Of a stretch of DNA of 64,000 bases, positions 24,370 through 38,885 are shown in pieces. The position numbers and the translations under genes were made by a program. Below the pieces are notes generated by a model. That model was not told the origin of the DNA. It saw only the letters and a list, made by a program, of their open reading frames with translations, and searched no databases. Position 1 is the stretch's first letter, and every line of letters begins with the position of its first letter. Origin of the DNA: Octopus vulgaris (Eukaryota); NCBI GenBank assembly GCA_951406725.2, contig OX597823.1:37324001-37388000 (forward strand), written 5' to 3'.

Positions 24370-27300
24370 TAAACTTAGATAAACTTAGATATGTTTCGAC
24401 CAAAGATTGGTCCAGGCCATGTCTAACTTAATAGCACCGCCTGATAGGATTATTTGAATCCTGTTTAAGTCAAGTTTTGTTTATGGACCATTCAAGTAGT
24501 AAGTTTTTGTTGCAATGTACATGTATGCTGTGATCTTGAATTGGGCAGAGGACGTATGGCCCGTGGTCCCAGTCTTGGATGAACCTTGAAGCTAATGTTC
24601 AGGTCGTTTGGACAAAGTTGGCGGTACATTCTGCACATCGTACAAATGATGTACCGCTCACGGCGACGCTGGAGAGAGTAGAGTTTCAAGGCTTTAAGGT
24701 GATCCCAATAATCGTGAGCAGCCATGCCTTCAATTCGTTTAGTGAGTGCCCTCTGAGGTGATTCAATCCTCGAGATGTTTTGTCTTATATGGGGAGACCA
24801 CAGTGGGCAGCAGTATTCGAGGTGTGGCCGTACAAAGGAGGAGAAAAGTGGTATGATGATACCTTGTTCTCTGGACCGGAAAGTTCTTAAGATCCGGGAA
24901 CTCATCCTACGAGCTATATCGACCTTCTTGTTGATGTGTGCACTCCAACTGAGATCGTCATCAACAATTACACCCAGGTCTCTGATATTGTTAGAGGCTG
25001 TGAGCGGTTCCCCTGAAGGAAGAGAGTATGACTGTTTTAGTGAGGAATTTCTTCCAAAATGCATCAGCTCAAATTTTCCCTCGTTCAGTTGCATTTTGTT
25101 TCTGTCTGCCCATTGACTCACAGCATATAGATCAGACTGGAGTTCGGTCTGCTTCTTCATTGACGATTTGCTGGAGCTTAGTGTCATCAGCAAATATTTT
25201 CACTTTGCAGTAATGTACGACACTGGAAAGGTCGTTTATGTAAATTATGAAGAGTAGCGGACCAAAGACAGTCCCCTGGGGGACACCGCTGGTGATTTTT
25301 ACTGGGCTTGAGTGGACTCTATCAACTACAACATATTCGCCAGGAAATACTTAATCCAGTGTAGAACTTTTCCACGGATTCCAACATTTGCCAATTTTGA
25401 GAGTAGGATATTATGGTCTACCCTGTCGAACGCTTTACTGAAGTCAAGATATATGACATCAGAGTTCGAACCTGTTCCCAAGGCTTTCAGTACATCTTCA
25501 ATGTGGTGTAAGAGCTGTGTTTGACAGTCCCTCCCACAGCGAAAGCCACGCTGATTTGTATTTAGGAGTTTGTGGGTCTCCAGGAAGTCAGCTATCCTTG
25601 ATCTTAACACTCTTTCAAACACTTTAATGATGTGGGAGGTGAGTGAGATTGGGCGATAGTTGAGTGCGAGGGATCAGTTTCCCTGTTTGAAAACCGGGAT
25701 GACTGACTGGGATAGAAACTGTTTCGGTATATAACCTGCGTCTAACGAATTTCTCCAGAGGTTGGTCAGAGGGACTGCAAGTTGGTGTCTACATTCCTCC
25801 AGGAGACTAGCGGGGAATCTATCAGGGCCTACAGCAGAGTACTATTTGACCTCATTTATTGCTGCTATGATGTCAGTGGCAGTGAAGGTTATGTCTGAGA
25901 TTTTATGTTGGGAGTCAACTTCGTTCGCTTCTCTTACGTCAATATCAGTGGGAACACTAAAGACAGAGCAGTATTGTTTCTGCAGTATTTCTGCCATTTC
26001 TTTAGTATCGTGTTGGGGAATGTCATCAATCAATGGCCCAATGGGTGAGACAGTGGTTCTATGCTTATTTGCATAAGAATAGAACACTTTTGGGTTCTGT
26101 TTGATGTTTTTGATTACCCACTGTTCCTCCACAGCTCTTTGATTTTCAATGGAGGTTTTCATGTCGGTCTGCAGATGAAGTTTTTCCAGCTCTAGCCTTT
26201 TCATTGTTGTTGAATGTGGATGTTGTATGTGGGAATATTTTAATTGGTTGATTTTTTTGTTGAGTCTTTTGATGCGCCTGATGAGTGTTTTTTTTTCTTT
26301 TTAGGGAACCGGTTTCTGTTTGTGTTAGTAGATTTCGTGAGAGCGTGTTTAGAGCATGTACAAGTGACAATGTTTTCAAAGTGCTGCCATGCGGTCTCAA
26401 TATGGGTGGAATTGAGAGTAAAAGACCAGTCGATGTAAGACAGATCCTTTCTGATTGCTCCCCAGTTCGCTTTGTGGAAGTTTATGTTGTCAAATGAGTG
26501 CCATGGAGTGGGATTGGCTGGTTTGGTTTTTATATGTCGGGAATTAAAATTGCAGAGTACCATGTCGTGGTCTGAGAGGAGAGTTTTTTCAACTGAAATA
26601 CTGTGAACGAAGCTAGAGTGATTGGTCAATACCAGATCCAAGATCGTTTTATTCTGTCTCGTTGGTTCGAGCACTAGCTGAGTCAGGAAGTATTCATCCA
26701 TTAGATTAAAGAGCAGTTCTGCTGCTGCTCTATCTGATGTAGAGCATTTGCCTAACTTCAGAGTATTTGTGGGCCAGTTCACATGAGGGAGGTTAAAATC
26801 ACCCATCACGAGTATGTTTCCGGAGTTGAACTTCCGAAGGAAGGACTTGACTTTGCTAAGGCACTCTTCAAAGTACTTTAGAGGTGCTTGGGGAGGCCTG
26901 TAAAGACCAACAATGATTATGTCCTTGGCCTTGCTGAATAGTGATACAGATTCACAATAGCCATTGGAAAATATGTCCTTGGCATCAAGTGAAAAGGAGT
27001 CATGGATAAAGATGGCTATAAAGATCCCTTATTTCAGTCTGTGCGATCCGCACGAACGATGGTGAAATCTTTTATTTTCACCTCGGCGTCCATATGGGTG
27101 TTGTTCAGGTGAGTCTCGGTAAGGATAAAGAAAGGGTAGCAATGTGCCGTTTCGGCAAGCCAACTCTCTATGTATGGGATCTTCCATTTTTGGGCAATAA
27201 TTGATGGGTTGATGCAACGCACATTTAACAGGAATGTCGAGGTAAGAGAAGTTTGATGTTTGCATTGTTCTAAGTTATGTTTTATGTTGTTCAGTGGTAA

Positions 27301-27660
27301 CAATGTGGGTAGTTCTTGTATGAAGCTGTGTGTGTATGATTTTCTTGTTGGTAGTGGGTGTGTGGTCCTTGTGATTTGCATAGGTGGTTGCTGATAGCTC
27401 GTTGGATCTCCTAACTTAGGTCGGCCTTCATATTTTCTAGGTAAGTCAGTAAAAAGAGTTACCTCTTTGGTTTGCCACTTGGTCAGAGGATACATATTTC
27501 ATGTTTATGTTATTTGGTGTTATGGTTTTTTCATGGTTCTGTCTTCGTTGTTTGATTGTAGGAGGGGAAACGTGGTTGTATTTTGTTTTTGTTGTTGTCG
27601 TAGATCTCCTCTGTTGCTATTTATATTTATTTTGCGATCGTTTTGTTCAGTGTCAACGGA
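24370..27660 (-). mobile_element. CR1-group LINE, near-complete decayed ORF2 (APE endonuclease plus RT)
   Basis: EN motifs LTETHL, MGDFNLP, LDLVLT, SDH. RT motifs YLDFSKAFDRV, GVPQGTVFGPLLF, IFADDTK. C-terminal VRPHLEYC...LYSLQRRRERY. Tandem 10-mer (tctaagttta) 3' tail. Confidence 0.92.
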
Positions 27661-28181
27661 CTCAGAATATTCTAATTATTAACATTACTATCTTCTTCAT
27701 CACTACCATTAATATAAGTGCTATTGTTGTTGTTGTTGTTGTCGCCGCCGTCGTCGTCGTCGTCGTTGTTGTTGTTGTTGTTGAGTATCAACGGTTTCGT
27801 TTTCCTAGAGCACAACAAAAGTTTTCTAAGGGGATTATTTTTAATGCCTAAGGACTTCGGGACGTATAGAGGTGTACCCGGCTTAAAGAAACGGTTTCAC
27901 TTTAAGAAGTTTGTTTAAATATTGCGATAAGAAAATGTATACAAAACTTACTTCTATTGCAAAACAGCCGCTTCAAAATTGTCAAGGTCTAAGACACAGA
28001 AACAGTAGCACTCCAAATTAGTAATCTAGCATAGAAACCTTCCAGCTTAGGTACACAAACACACATACATATATACATATATACATACGTACATATATAT
28101 ACAAACATATACACATATATATACCTATATGCATACAGACGTATATATGCATATATACATACATGCATACACACGTATATA

Positions 28182-29149
<968 letters not shown>

Positions 29150-29150
<1 letters not shown>

Positions 29151-30300
29151 TTCTGGTGTAAACTTATTTCAGAATATAAGGCACTGTAACAGATTTTTAA
29201 ATAAACTATGAAGAGTTATAGTAGGTTGGACCATGTATATTCGTGATTTTTTCTACACATTATACTATTCTTGTTTTGAAAAGAATGGAAGAAGGTATAC
29301 TTAGTGTTATTAATATAGTGTTTAATAAAGGCAATAAGTATATTTCCATTAAAACGATGAATTTTTTTTATCTAATTGTAGATATAATGGTTATATGTGT
29401 TTTAGTAAAAGTAGACTAAAGGAGATAGTCGGCTTTATCCTTACTAATGCATATAATGGTTGGTGATTGTAGCCTTTTGTTAGCAGATATATAATTGTCT
29501 TCAAACCGAAAGAAAAGATAGGTTTGGTCAAACTACAATTATTTTGAATATTTGCTTGGAAAATATATATCCAGGGAATCTTGAAGCGACTATAAATAGT
29601 GACTCGGTAGATGATGTTAACTACTTAAATGTTAAGATAGTGTAGACAAAAAATGTGAGTAGTATTTATAATAAAACTAATAACTTAAGTTTCCGCATTG
29701 CATCGTTACCATGGACTCAACTAGAATTCCTTTTACGACAGACAATAATGTGTTTTCCAGTCAAGTTATTAGATACGGTAGATTAATAAATAAGGCTGGA
29801 GTGTTATTGGATAGAATTAAACAGTTAATGCAACATGAAAAAACAAGGTTACATAAAGAAAAGGTTAGTTAAATGTTTTAACTGTTGTTTGAGGAAAGAG
29901 GATGAAATTTTCAAGAAATATGGAATGATCTCGAATTTGTACAGTTTTAAGGAGTGATTAGTTTTAATTAAAGGTAAAGGTTAAATCGTTATTTAGCAGC
30001 TTGTAAATTGATTGTCATTTATTATTGTGTACTAAGTCACTTCCGTTGGATAGTTGATATGGACTTCGGTCTTTTGAATGATAACGATATTTCGGTTTCT
30101 GGCAACGATTGTATTAAAATGTAAGTGGCTTTCGTTAATTTTTTTTCTTTTTGCTGCACGTGGAGTTTCGGTATCTTATACAAAGAATATTTTCGTTGGT
30201 ATGTTTGTTTTAATAATTTTTTTAATGTTTATAGGTTGTTAGTTTAAATTCCGTATGTATTTGTTTATTTTATTGCCTTCACACTAGACAGACACTAAAC
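29150..30300 (+). mobile_element. Decayed PLE RT C-terminus with no downstream EN (Naiad/Chlamys-like)
   Basis: 29565-29930 reads IYPGNLEATINSDSVDDVNYLNVKI...IYNKTNNLSF...NVFSSQVIRYGR...QGYIKKRLVKCF...FKKYG, the 'IYP.EL/YDKRDDF/SQLIRY' thumb type. Confidence 0.6.
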
Positions 30301-31923
30301 AGGACAGAACAGAGAACACAAGTAGCAAGCATTTTCTTCTGTTTAACTAAGTTATTCAGTTTGATGCAGTTATGTCGTTTATGTTATAAATTTGTTTTAA
30401 TTCGGAAGTTTTGTCATATCTCTATTTATTTTATATTATTTATTTATTGTATTATAATTTTTAAAGTTTTTAAAAATTTTTAATAAGCAGTTTATTCGGT
30501 CAATTTATTTTCTGTAATTAAACATATAATCAAATTGGTTTTGATCTATGCTTGCCCTTTTCCCTTGTTCATGATTCAAGGACGCTGTTTATATACGCTT
30601 CCTTTTTTCTTTTCTTTTTTTTGCGTTGTTTCATATTTGGAGTATATTATAGAATGAGAAATAGTATATCTATTAGTCTACGTTCATTAATTAATCTATA
30701 TGTTTGAAGTTCTAAGTTTGTTGTTCTTTGTGTTCTTATTATCAGTGGTTCAGCAGATTTTGTTCAACGCATTTAATTCGCTAGTTATGTATAGAACTAT
30801 AGTTTTTGGGATCGCAATGTCCTTTGTAGAAGAAATTTCTTTGCTTTATAGATAGTTTTGTTTTGTTTCTGTCAATTTCTATCTTTTGTAGCTATAAGTT
30901 AATATTATTTTCTTTGTATTCGATGTTGTTATTTATAATAATAAGCAGGTGTTATCCTAATGAGTATATTTCGCTGTTTCACTCCTTCTGTTTATCTGTT
31001 GGTTGCCAGGCAGCGTTTATGTTTTAATGCTAATGGCACCACTGGGTTGAATGGCACTGCCCAAGTGTCGAAACTGTAGTGATACTGTTTCTTTAAAATG
31101 TTGTTCTTGCACATTATCTAAGAGGAATCGATGTTATCAGGTCATCATCAGGAAATGTTATGACCGATTTAAGATGACAACCATAACTTCTCAATACTCA
31201 GCTCTCTCCACAAAACTGTTATACCTTTCCTGTATTTCAGATAAGATATAGATATTAGGTGGAACACACCTATAAAGATCGAGAAGGTTGGCTTAATTTT
31301 CTTTTCTTTACTCATTTTTAACCGATTTGATTTTCTTTTTAGTGTTTAAGTATTTTGCGAATGTGTCTATAAATGAGTGACTGAAATAGCCGTTAGTTGT
31401 TGAACGGAAGAGTTGTCCTGTTACAATTAATATCCACTTCAATGCCAACTATAGCAATAACTATATGAGCACACCTAGTTTTATTATTAATGGTTCAACC
31501 TTCTGCCACTATTAACTACACCCATGAAGTAGTTTTTTGTTTTTAGGTTTGAACTGAAAATTTCGATAACACTATCGTCACATCTGGAGCGAACTAATCA
31601 TGTAGACATCAGACATTTTTTAAAACGCTATCATTTAAGGTGGTATGCAATAAAGTTGCGAATAGATATCGGTAAAACAAAGGAGTCTTTATTGTCTACA
31701 CCAGTAAGTTAATTCCGTTATTATTTCACAAATAAATATGTTATGAGACTTTACTCCTTCGCTTATGTTATACTTCTTTATACTCTCTCTCTCTCTCTCT
31801 CCCTCTCTTTCACTCTCTCTCTCTCACTCCTTCTATCTCTCTCCTTTCTCTCTTTCTCACTTCTCTCTCTCTTCTTTCTTTCTCTTCACTCTCTATGTAT
31901 GTATATATATATATATATATATT

Positions 31924-32129
31924 CCTTTTTTGATTTGTTTCAGTGATGTGACTGCGGACATACTGGAGCACTGCCTTTAGTCGAACAAATCGACCCCAGG
32001 ACTATTCTTTGAAAGCCTAGTATTTATTCTGTCGTTCTCTTTTGCCGAACCGCTATGTCACGGCGATGTAAACACACATTCATCGGTTGTCAAGCGATGG
32101 TGGGGGGACAAACACAGACACACAAACAT

Positions 32130-32130
<1 letters not shown>
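31924..32130 (-). mobile_element. SINE family A, 3' half
   Basis: Matches the 3' half of 20908-21314 and is broken at the internal microsatellite. Confidence 0.85.
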
Positions 32131-32178
<48 letters not shown>

Positions 32179-32259
32179 TGTATATGTATGTATGCATATA
32201 CATATATATGTGTGTGTGTGTGTGTGTGCATGACATAACAAATAGGTGTCGTGACAAAT

Positions 32260-32363
32260 CTCACGGCCGTTTCCGCATCCGTTGCCAAACGCTGTCTATA
32301 AATGATTGCGAAAATATAATTCTTCATAGGATATTCGAATTAAGGCACGCAGCTTCATCAGAG
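32260..32363 (-). ncRNA. Degenerate hammerhead with long stem II
   Basis: cu-CUGAUGA-agcugcgugcc(~55 nt)ggcaacggaugcg-GAAA-CGGCCG-UG-ag. Palindromic stem III, but a GUG triplet should not cleave. Confidence 0.5.
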
Positions 32364-32474
32364 CAAAAGACAAGACCATCCAATATAAACAAAGGGAAGA
32401 AGGAATAGGAAAGAAAACATGGCCTAGAAAAGAAGTCTATAAGCCCAATATATTAAAAGCAGCTAATCTACCAT

Positions 32475-33150
32475 TCTTACTTCTTCTCTGAAGCGTTTTC
32501 CGGTTTGTCAGTTTTTTCTTTCACTTCCTTCGTAGCTTTTTGGGGAGGAGCCTCATTCTCTTTTTTATTTTTGGTACACTTGGAGAGAACATGGCCCCTC
32601 TCTCCACACTTGAAGCATCGGGGCCTACGTCCCTCCACGGCCACTCGCATTAATAGCCCTCTCTCCTACAAATACCCTATCGGGTAAATTTTCTAGGGTT
32701 TCATTCGAAGCTTGGACCACCATTTTTAATGTCTGGCCATTCCAGTTTATTGCGTTTTTCTTTTTCATCTGTAAAATGGACATCTCTTCCTCTACGTCGT
32801 AAATTATTGCCGCTGCTACCCACATAACTTTATATCCTGCTGGGATTTCTTCGACCGTAATTTTTGCAGTTCTGCGTCCCAAGTATGTGGGTAGCAGCAT
32901 TATATCCTTCTTTAGTGTCCTTGTTGACACTAAACAAGCCTCTTTGACTACGTTAGCCGTTTGGAACTGCGCTTCGTCAGTCGTGCTTCGTGTTCCACTG
33001 CTAGCGTAGCATACCTGATTCCATATTGGTGCCATGCACCTCTCCACCACTTCGTTCTTGGCTTCCATTATTCGCTTTTCCTACAGCCTGTAAATCTTAT
33101 ATACCACGGTTCTAGCATTAATTGCTTGTACCGTTTCAGGAAGCGGAAAC
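32475..33150 (-). pseudogene. gag-like/LINE ORF1-like protein with CCHC zinc knuckle (frameshifted)
   Basis: ORF 32625-33068 (LLPTYLGRRTAKITVEEIP) continues after a frameshift as RPRCFKCGERGHVLSKC (32630-32577). Confidence 0.7.
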
Positions 33151-33419
33151 AGTTTAGTGTCGCTGCTACTTTTTTAAATTAAATTTTGGAACTTGAACAG
33201 TTGTTCCGTTTCTATTTCTAACTCACTTAGATTTCCGCCCACTGCAGCCGAGAAACTTGGTTTTCCTGTGTTTCCTCATTATTACTTGTTAATCCTTTTC
33301 CCATCGCAGGAAAATCCTTTCGGCATGCAATATTAAATTCCATCACAAAAACTTTTTTTTTAAACTTTGTCACAAATAAAAAATTCACAAAAAATTAACC
33401 CAGTAACAAGTATAACAAA

Positions 33420-34750
33420 CACATGAATCATAAGGAAAAATAAGAGAATAGAGAGCACAATGAAGGAGGAGGTGGAGGAGTGTTTAAAGGAATTGAAAGA
33501 TGTGTCATTTTTCAAAAGAGGAAAGACATACGCGTCTGTAGAGATCACATTTGTATCGGAGGAGGCAGCACGGAAATACACCAGTAAGACGTTAACTGGA
33601 GGAAATTGGATACTCTTTCCCAATCAGCTGGATAGACGTCCAACGAGGATTAGGGTGGGTAGGATCCCGCCGGAAATAGAGCCGGTATGGGTAATGGTAG
33701 TAATTTTTTCTGGAACAGAAGTAAGGGCAGTTATGATAACCAGACCTCCAAAGTGCTATGAATGTGGCAATAGAGGTCACATTAGAAGAAGGTGTCCAGA
33801 AATAATAGAAAACATAGAAATCGAAACGCAAGAAGGCGTGATAGAGGAGAGGAAACAGACACAGGAAGAGGAACAGAGAGCTGATTTTGAGGAAGCTAAG
33901 TCAAGGAAGAGAGAATAGATGAGCTCATCGCCGAAAGTTGAACAAGGAAAGAAATATAAATTACAGGATCAAGTGGGATCACCGAGGAAAGAAGATAAAA
34001 GCAGAACATCAAGTGAACATACAGGCTCATAATTGCACAAACAGACAATTATTCACAGACGCATAAACACAAACATACATACACACGGAGGCATAGAAGA
34101 TAACACAGAGTTTCAGAAAACTAAAAGTACAGAACCTGAAAGTACAGACACACAGACACAACATGCAGACTTACAGTCACAAAAGCATGCAGACCCGCAG
34201 ACAAATAAACACACAGCCATACAGTCACAAAGAAATATAGAACAGACGCATGATAGTACAGGGTCAGAAAAACAAAAAAGAACAGACATACAGACGCAAG
34301 AGGTACACAGGAACGAACAGAATATATTTGATAACATATCGGTCGACACAAAAAATAGAAAGGTAAGTAACTAAAATGAAAGACATTGTTAAAGCGGACC
34401 TCTCGGAGGGTTACGACAAGGAGACAAGATGAGTTTTAATGGAAAAAGATAAGTATAGAAAGTTAAAAAGTTATATCCAATCAGAAAGTTATATCCTATC
34501 AGATATAAACCCACTGGGGCCCAAGCTGAATTTCGAACCCAACGCTCCAGTGGTGAACTATGAGGAAATTAAGAACTATATAAAATGGTAAGTAGAGTTT
34601 TATTTTGAAAAGAACTGTTGAAGACTATTGAAAAAATTGAAATAACGTAACCACCCCGGAGCGGGGATGAGGTGGCCGTTCCATCTTCATTGCATAATTT
34701 CACTATTCCATTCTTTCATGTGTTGATTGTCCCCGCATGAGTGTATTGTC
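33420..34750 (+). mobile_element. ORF1-only (gag-like, CCHC) retroelement remnant without RT
   Basis: ORF 33460-33918 has ILFPNQLDRRPTRIRVGRIP and KCYECGNRGHIRRRCP. A low-complexity tail with stops runs to ~34590, then a short UTR into (TATG)n. Confidence 0.65.
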
Positions 34751-34755
34751 CCATC

Positions 34756-35017
34756 TATGTATGTATGTACGTACGTACGTATGTATGTATGTATGTATGT
34801 ATGTATGTATGTATGTATGTATGTATGTATGTATGTATGTATCCTTTAGGATTTAGCGTTAGTTTTACTTTTTCCTGTGCATAATTCAAGCCAGTCCCTA
34901 ACAAAATGACATGGATCTTTTCAAGACAGGTCATGGGGATTGTGGTTATTTGAACTGTTTGATATATGCATATTTGTATGTACGCGCGCGTGTGCGTGTG
35001 TGTATTTGTGTGTGTGT
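34756..35017. repeat. Inverted duplication, left copy (partner 38463-38716)
   Basis: About 180 bp of non-simple sequence plus (TATG)n is the reverse complement of 38463-38716. One mismatch seen (ccctaac vs ccctgac). Confidence 0.9.
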
Positions 35018-35249
35018 TCCTTGTGGGTAATAAAAAAAATCAGTTACAGGATTTACTTATTTTCCATTTTTTTAAACAAAAAGTGTAACCAAATGCTTTT
35101 CTCAGTCTTCCACAATCTATAAATAAATCCGAACGTGCTTTTGCTTCGCCGCGTTTTTTTTTTTTTTTTGGTTGTTTTGTGCTGCTTTGCAGCAGTTTTT
35201 TAACAGTGTGGATGCGCGCGCACGTGTGTGTGTGAATTAACACATATAC

Positions 35250-37700
35250 CTAATCTTCATAGCATTAATTTAGAGGTATGAAATATTGTTATTAGCCCAA
35301 ATTCACTTACAATATCTCACATAAACCTAAAAAGATCACAAGCCAAGTAATCGACCGCATTATCCCAGAACTTTAAAGGAAAATAGAACTCAGCTTCCGG
35401 TCAAACTCTTCCGAAGTAATCGATTGGCTTAGAAAGTTAAACAATGAAGTGCTTACTAAATTCTTACAAATAGATATCTCCGACGGTTACTCTTCTTGTT
35501 TTTTTTTTACTCTAGATACAAGGCTCGAAATTTTGGGGAAGGTACGAAACTGGTTCTTAATCTATCGACCACGAAAGGATGAAAGGCAAAGCTGACCTCG
35601 GCGGAATTTGAACTCAGGACGTAAAGACAGACGAAATACCTATTTCTATTTCTTTACTACCCACAAGGGGCTAAATACAGAGGAGACAAACAAGGACAGA
35701 CAAACGGATTAAGTCGATTATATCGACCTCAGTGCTTAACTGGTACTTAATTTATCGACCCCGAAAAGATGAAAGGCAAAGTCGACCTCGGCGGAATTTG
35801 AACTCAGAACGTAAAGACAGACGAAATATCGCTAAGCATTTCACTCGGCGTGCTAACGTTTCTTCCAGCTCAGCAAAGCTCTTATTCTAGCAATGAAAAA
35901 TCCTCACTATCTTGACAAGGCATCGATAAAATATTAGTGGTTAAGAAAATGATTATTGAATTTAAGGATAATACTGAGCTATAAAAGATAGGCTTAAAAA
36001 GTTTGATATAACCATAGGATCGATTGACTCAGCACAAGTCACTGATCGAATTGGTTTTTTACATTTTACACCGTATCGAAAAGGAGTTTTCGGAAATGGA
36101 GGTCTTTATAAATCGATGCTCTGTTCACTTTCTATAAACATAGTAATGTAGTACTAGAGAGAAATAAGGAAAAAAAACTTGGAAATTTTTTTAAGTTTGA
36201 GAACTTACTATTTCTTTAGAGCAGAACGGTTAAATAACGAGCTTTCTGGAAATAACATTGGAGCTTGGTAATGGACTTTATCGTCCTTTCCACAATCCCA
36301 ATAAAAACTTACAATACGTAAATAAAATCTCCAGCCATCCCAGAGCTGTGATCAAAACTATTATTAGTAAAGTTTCATTTGGAATATCTAAGCTATCAGC
36401 TAATGAGATTTTCTTATGGAATAGGGAATATTATAATACCGCTTCAGCTCGGGCAAGATATATGAGAATATCTTATATATTTCCGAAGGAGATATAGAGA
36501 AAATACCTAAAGGCAGTGGAATACATTCACAAAAGATATATATGATAAACATCATAATAATATGAACTAATATTATCATATTTAACATGGCAATAGGATT
36601 GCTTATAACATTGATAATGGCAGAAGTAATAAGAAAAAAACTGTTTTCATAACAAGTTGCAGCAATTACCTCCTAATTAAAACAATGAATTGTTTAAATA
36701 ATTGTATTGTTTCTCGTGAACTCCCTGGTAAATATCTGGATAATTCGGAGATTGGACCCTAATTAGGCATACACAGAAAAGGACTAAGCATAGTAATAAA
36801 TATTTTAACTCTGAGAAGAACCGTAATACTTCATACTACCGTGAAGGAATTAATATACATACGAACAACTATGTCAATACAAATTATGGAAACAAAATCT
36901 ATAGAGCTAAATTACGTAATATTTCTGTATTACATATGATGCTTCTTACCGAATTCAGGTCGCCACGGGCATCCCAGGAGTCTCTTTTAAAGTATTAGAC
37001 AAATATTTTCCCCTCTGGCAGATATAGCAAGATATTCAATAGACATACATGAAGTTTACATATTCCACTACACCTAATTTAGCAGATACTATAACAGTTA
37101 TTAACAGTAAGAAACTGAATAATATTAAAAATAGCGAACGTATATGTATTTATTTAGTCTGTATAAAGCATTTTGTTACAAATAATACACATCTGTCATG
37201 TACAAAAAAATGATGATGACAATAATAATATCGTCTTAGAAAGAGCATTGAAGCTAATGGAATATATAAGGCTTCTTATGATTACATACGTAATAGAATG
37301 TGCAACTTCAGAGACCGTGATAAATACTCTTAAAATAACCAATGTCTTAAGAATAATTTGATATATAAGCGCTTTGCTAAAATGCCTGATAATTTTCTTT
37401 CTTACACAGGAACCACAGCTTCCACATTTAAAATGGAATACATAACCATGTTCAATTTTTAGATTCAAAATGAAATAAAATCTACTTCGCTAACTAATTT
37501 CATCTGGGAACTCAACGAGAGACACATACACCACCTTATTTCGCAGTCTATTATAGGTAGAGCTCTTCCATACAGAGTAGCTGTAATTTGTGCTCTGCAG
37601 AGACGTTAGAAAACCGCAATTCAAAATCTAATCCAATTAATAAACGTAATGAATTATTAATCTACCTTTCACTTTTTTTAAATTTTCCACATAAAAATTC
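35250..37700 (+). mobile_element. Decayed PLE (RT plus C-terminal GIY-YIG), interrupted by SINE B
   Basis: SSEVIDWLRKL...KFLQIDIS. ORF 36258-36497 YRPFHNPNKNLQYVNKISSHP. 37485-37660 TSLTNFIWELNE...GRALPY...INKRNELL. Confidence 0.75.
35545..35873 (-). mobile_element. SINE family B, tandem/dimeric copy
   Basis: Two repeats of 'tatcgacc.cgaaa.gatgaaaggcaaag..gacctcggcggaatttgaactcag.acgtaaagacagacgaaata'. Confidence 0.85.
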
Positions 37701-37769
37701 TACATAACTTATTTATATCCAATTAAGATTAACGTTTGTGTTCTCATCTTATGAATTCTTTCACTACCA

Positions 37770-38050
37770 CTCCACCACATAACATGCTCCTGTACTTTCA
37801 AGATGTTGCAGCAATGGTGGCAAATTGCAACAAGCCTGACCTTTTTCTAACGTACATATTTTATTCCGAATAATCGAAAATTGTAAACAATTTTCAAAGA
37901 AATAGAGCGGTGGAAAACCGTCCATGCTTAAAAGTATATAACTGAAATACTGAAGAATTAAAGAAGTAGCATATCTTTGGTCCTTTTAATTTTATGACGT
38001 CTACATAATAAAATTTCAGAAGCATGTTTTTTTTTCCATATGCATAAGCT
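37770..38050 (+). mobile_element. Helitron Rep (HUH) domain remnant
   Basis: Reads YFQDVAAMVANCNKPDLFLTY...ENRP...HIFG...YIIKFQKH, matching Helitron Rep 'YQDAMA..GKPDLFIT...DRPD...IFG...YVIEFQKRG'. Confidence 0.65.
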
Positions 38051-38462
38051 AGTTCTGGAGATCATCTTCCCGGCGAATGTAAATGCCTCTTCAAAAATTG
38101 GGAAGAGGGTAACATCTATCGAGAACTGTTAAGAAAACAACAGCTCTTATATTAAGGCTGTAGATTTTCATTTGTTTCTATTATCATCGGTATTCTGGGT
38201 TACGTAATAACTTTGCTTCTCCAAAAAGGAACAGAGACTGATTCGCATTCTCCAGATACAGTGAAACGATGAACATTTGTAAAACAGCTCAGAGATTTTC
38301 CATTTGAGGTTCCTGGAGGAGCAAATATACACAATCGCAAATATATATGAAACATATATGCACATATAAACATAATAATGAAACACACGCATGTATTCTA
38401 TCATGACACAACCGCGAGAGCAAGTTTACCCACACGTACATACATATGCACAACACATACGC

Positions 38463-38716
38463 ACACACACACAAATACACACACGCACACGCGCGCGTAC
38501 ATACAAATATGCATATATCAAACAGTTCAAATAACCACAATCCCCATGACCTGTCTTGAAAAGATCCATGTCATTTTGTCAGGGACTGGCTTGAATTATG
38601 CACAGGAAAAAGTAAAACTAACGCTAAATCCTAAAGGATACATACATACATACATACATACATACATACATACATACATACATACATACATACGTACGTA
38701 CGTACATACATACATA
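38463..38716. repeat. Inverted duplication, right copy (partner 34756-35017)
   Basis: See the left copy. ORFs 34940+ and 38540- share MWLFELFDICIFVCTRACACVYLCVC. Confidence 0.9.
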
Positions 38717-38885
38717 CATACATACATACGTACATACATACATACATACATACATAGGTACGTACGTACGTACATACATACATACATACATACATACATA
38801 CATACATACATACATACATACATACATACATACATACATACATACATACATACATACATACATACGTACGTACATACATACATAT

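Noticed and set aside
24385-24425. GACCA-loop-UGGUC-GAAAC at the CR1 3' end as a hammerhead
   Set aside because: No CUGANGA-like box. Better explained as the ordinary LINE 3' stem-loop.
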